A stretch of 63,987 bases of DNA, counting the filler, from Octopus bimaculoides (Eukaryota): the NCBI RefSeq assembly GCF_001194135.2. It is 6 parts of 5 records of this genome, joined end to end, with 100 filler letters (N's around TTAATTAATTAA, not from the genome) between each part and the next. Parts side by side here need not be neighbours in the genome. Positions count along the whole stretch, not along the records: positions 59,299 to 63,987 come from NC_068996.1; 5 more parts are not named here. The stretch is one strand, 5' to 3'. Shown piece by piece: positions 62,171-63,987 of the stretch. Below the pieces are notes generated by a model that worked only from the letters and a program-made list of their open reading frames with translations, searched no databases and was not told where the DNA came from. The stretch's first letter is position 1; each line of letters opens with the position of its first letter. The translations under genes and the position numbers were made by a program.

Positions 62171-62422
62171 ATTGTTTTCGTTATCTACATTCCAACGATG
62201 GAGCTTTGTATCTTTGTTAGAAATCAGCTCCTTCTTCAGAGGAAGGATTTAAATAAATAAAAACAGAAGAGAACATATATGCATACATACATGCATGCAT
62301 GCATGCATGCATACATACACGCACACACATGCATATACATATATATATATACACACAAGCATTCATACATGCATACATACATACATGCATACATGCATAC
62401 ATACATACTTACATACATACAT

Positions 62423-62790
62423 ACATACCCTGTTGTTGATATTGAAATTCCAATGAAAGAACCTTGGATCTAGGTTAGAAACCGGTTCTTTCTATATTAG
62501 CAAGAAATCTTAAAATAAACTGAATAATGACATACATATATACACACATACGAAAATTCTGTAAAACTTCCCAGAAATTTATCATTTAATTATATATGAG
62601 CATGTTTAGATATGCAACTATATGCATGAGAATACATACATAAAGAAAAACATACAAATCTATACATATACATACAAACAAAAATACCCTGTTGTTGATG
62701 TTGAAATTCCAGTGAAGGAGCCGAGAATCTAGTTTAGAAACCGGTTCTTTCTCTATTGGCAACAAATCTTGAAATAAAACTGAAGAATGA
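62423..62790. repeat. Two ~105-bp direct repeats (62423-62530, 62685-62790) embedded in (CATA)n
   Basis: ATACCCTGTTGTTGAT.TTGAAATTCCA...GAAACCGGTTCTTTCT...AAATAAA.CTGAA.AATGACA occurs twice. Confidence 0.85.
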
Positions 62791-62849
62791 CACACATACA
62801 TACATACATACATACATAGATACATACATACATACATACATACATACAT

Positions 62850-63673
62850 AGTTTCAATGTGGTTAGATTACATGAAAACCTTTGACTCTGTTCCCCACTC
62901 ATGGATGCTAGAAGCCCCTCAAATCGCTAAAGTTCCAGTGAGAATATTCAAAGCCATAGCTAACCTGACTTTATTGTGGGCCACCATCTTGAAATTAAAC
63001 ACAAAGAGTGACTGTATTATCACTGGTAGAATACAATATCGCAAAGGCATATTCCAAAGAGATAGCCTCTCTGTGATGTTGTTTATACTTTCTGTAAACT
63101 CTTTTAACCACCATACTTTCTGTAAACATCTTTTAACCACCAAGTATCGAAGTGCAATCCCATGACCAAGTTTGCATGTATGAGGCTGATAACATCATAA
63201 GACTTGGAAAGGAGCTCCTTGAGCAACAATCTTTGTCTGATAACCTAGAATACATGCCCAAAGAAGTCGCACGACTCTACCGCAACGTATCATCAGGTGA
63301 AAGGATGGGCCTATACGAGCAGAAGACTATGCACGGATATGTTAGTAGAAAGCTCTGTGATGATAGTAACATTGATCATCAAAGCAGTCTATCACGAAGC
63401 AATAGCTGGATTACCACCTCCCACTTTGAAAGGAGTGTGTTTGCAATCCAGGAACAGGAAATATCAAACAAGTACTTGATGCACAAAAGGGATAGAGATG
63501 CAGGAAAAGCAGTAAAATGTGACAACCGATGCAGATTTTGTGGCGTTAACACTGAAGATATCACCCACATCATAAGCAGTTGTCTGAAAATGTCATCATG
63601 GTATTATCTAGCAATGAGACATGATGTTGTAGCTAGGACACTCTATAAAGAAATCTGTTGGACAAAGAAATAA
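62850..63673 (+). mobile_element. RLE-type (R4/Hero-like) LINE remnant with internal deletion
   Basis: WLDYMKTFDSVPHSW and KGIFQRDSLSVMLF are joined, without the YxDD region, to MHGYV..FAIQEQE..CRFCGVNTEDITHIISSC..RHDVVA. Confidence 0.85.
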
Positions 63674-63987
63674 AAACCCACAATATTATAAGGAGTTATC
63701 TCCCCTATAATAACAAAGATGAAATCTAACGAGATTCTAAGGATCTAATGATAGTTATGTATGTGTTTTTTGGTGTTTTGTTCGAATGGTAACCACTCCT
63801 GAAGAAGTGCCAAATGTCTAAATCCAATGGACCAGTCACTGGATAAGTTTGGCACAGAAATGTTAACATAGAGTGTTGAATAAATCGATATATCGAATTT
63901 GAAGTCTCTGTCTCTTTTGAATATGAAAATTTAAAAGTTAAAAACCTTATAATATAAATATAAACTGTGAGAACGACCCTTAAGGAA

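Overview
AT-rich, microsatellite-rich animal genomic DNA with many assembly gaps. It is most likely an octopus, inferred from the SINE, LINE and MITE repertoire. Five identical linkers (44 N + TTAATTAATTAA + 44 N) show the window is six pieces joined in silico: 1-26482, 26583-30058, 30159-47851, 47952-51788, 51889-59198 and 59299-63987. Adjacency across those linkers is not biological. The only host gene I recognise is GORAB (RAB6-interacting golgin), with two in-frame + strand exons at 48446-48884 and 50690-50791. Almost everything else is transposon debris: Penelope-like elements (PLEs); R4/Dong-type RLE LINEs stacked in (TAA)n; RTE and L1/Tx1 LINE fragments; hAT and Tc1/mariner remnants; and four tRNA-derived SINE families. 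The most interesting signal is a set of type I hammerhead-ribozyme-like motifs from several unrelated PLE-type termini. One has an unusual ~70-nt stem II and is present twice in a PLE with ~270-bp inverted ends. Family assignments come from recalled protein and RNA motifs, not database searches. Repeat boundaries are approximate (about +/-20 bp). Most ORFs in the supplied track are microsatellite or N-run artefacts.
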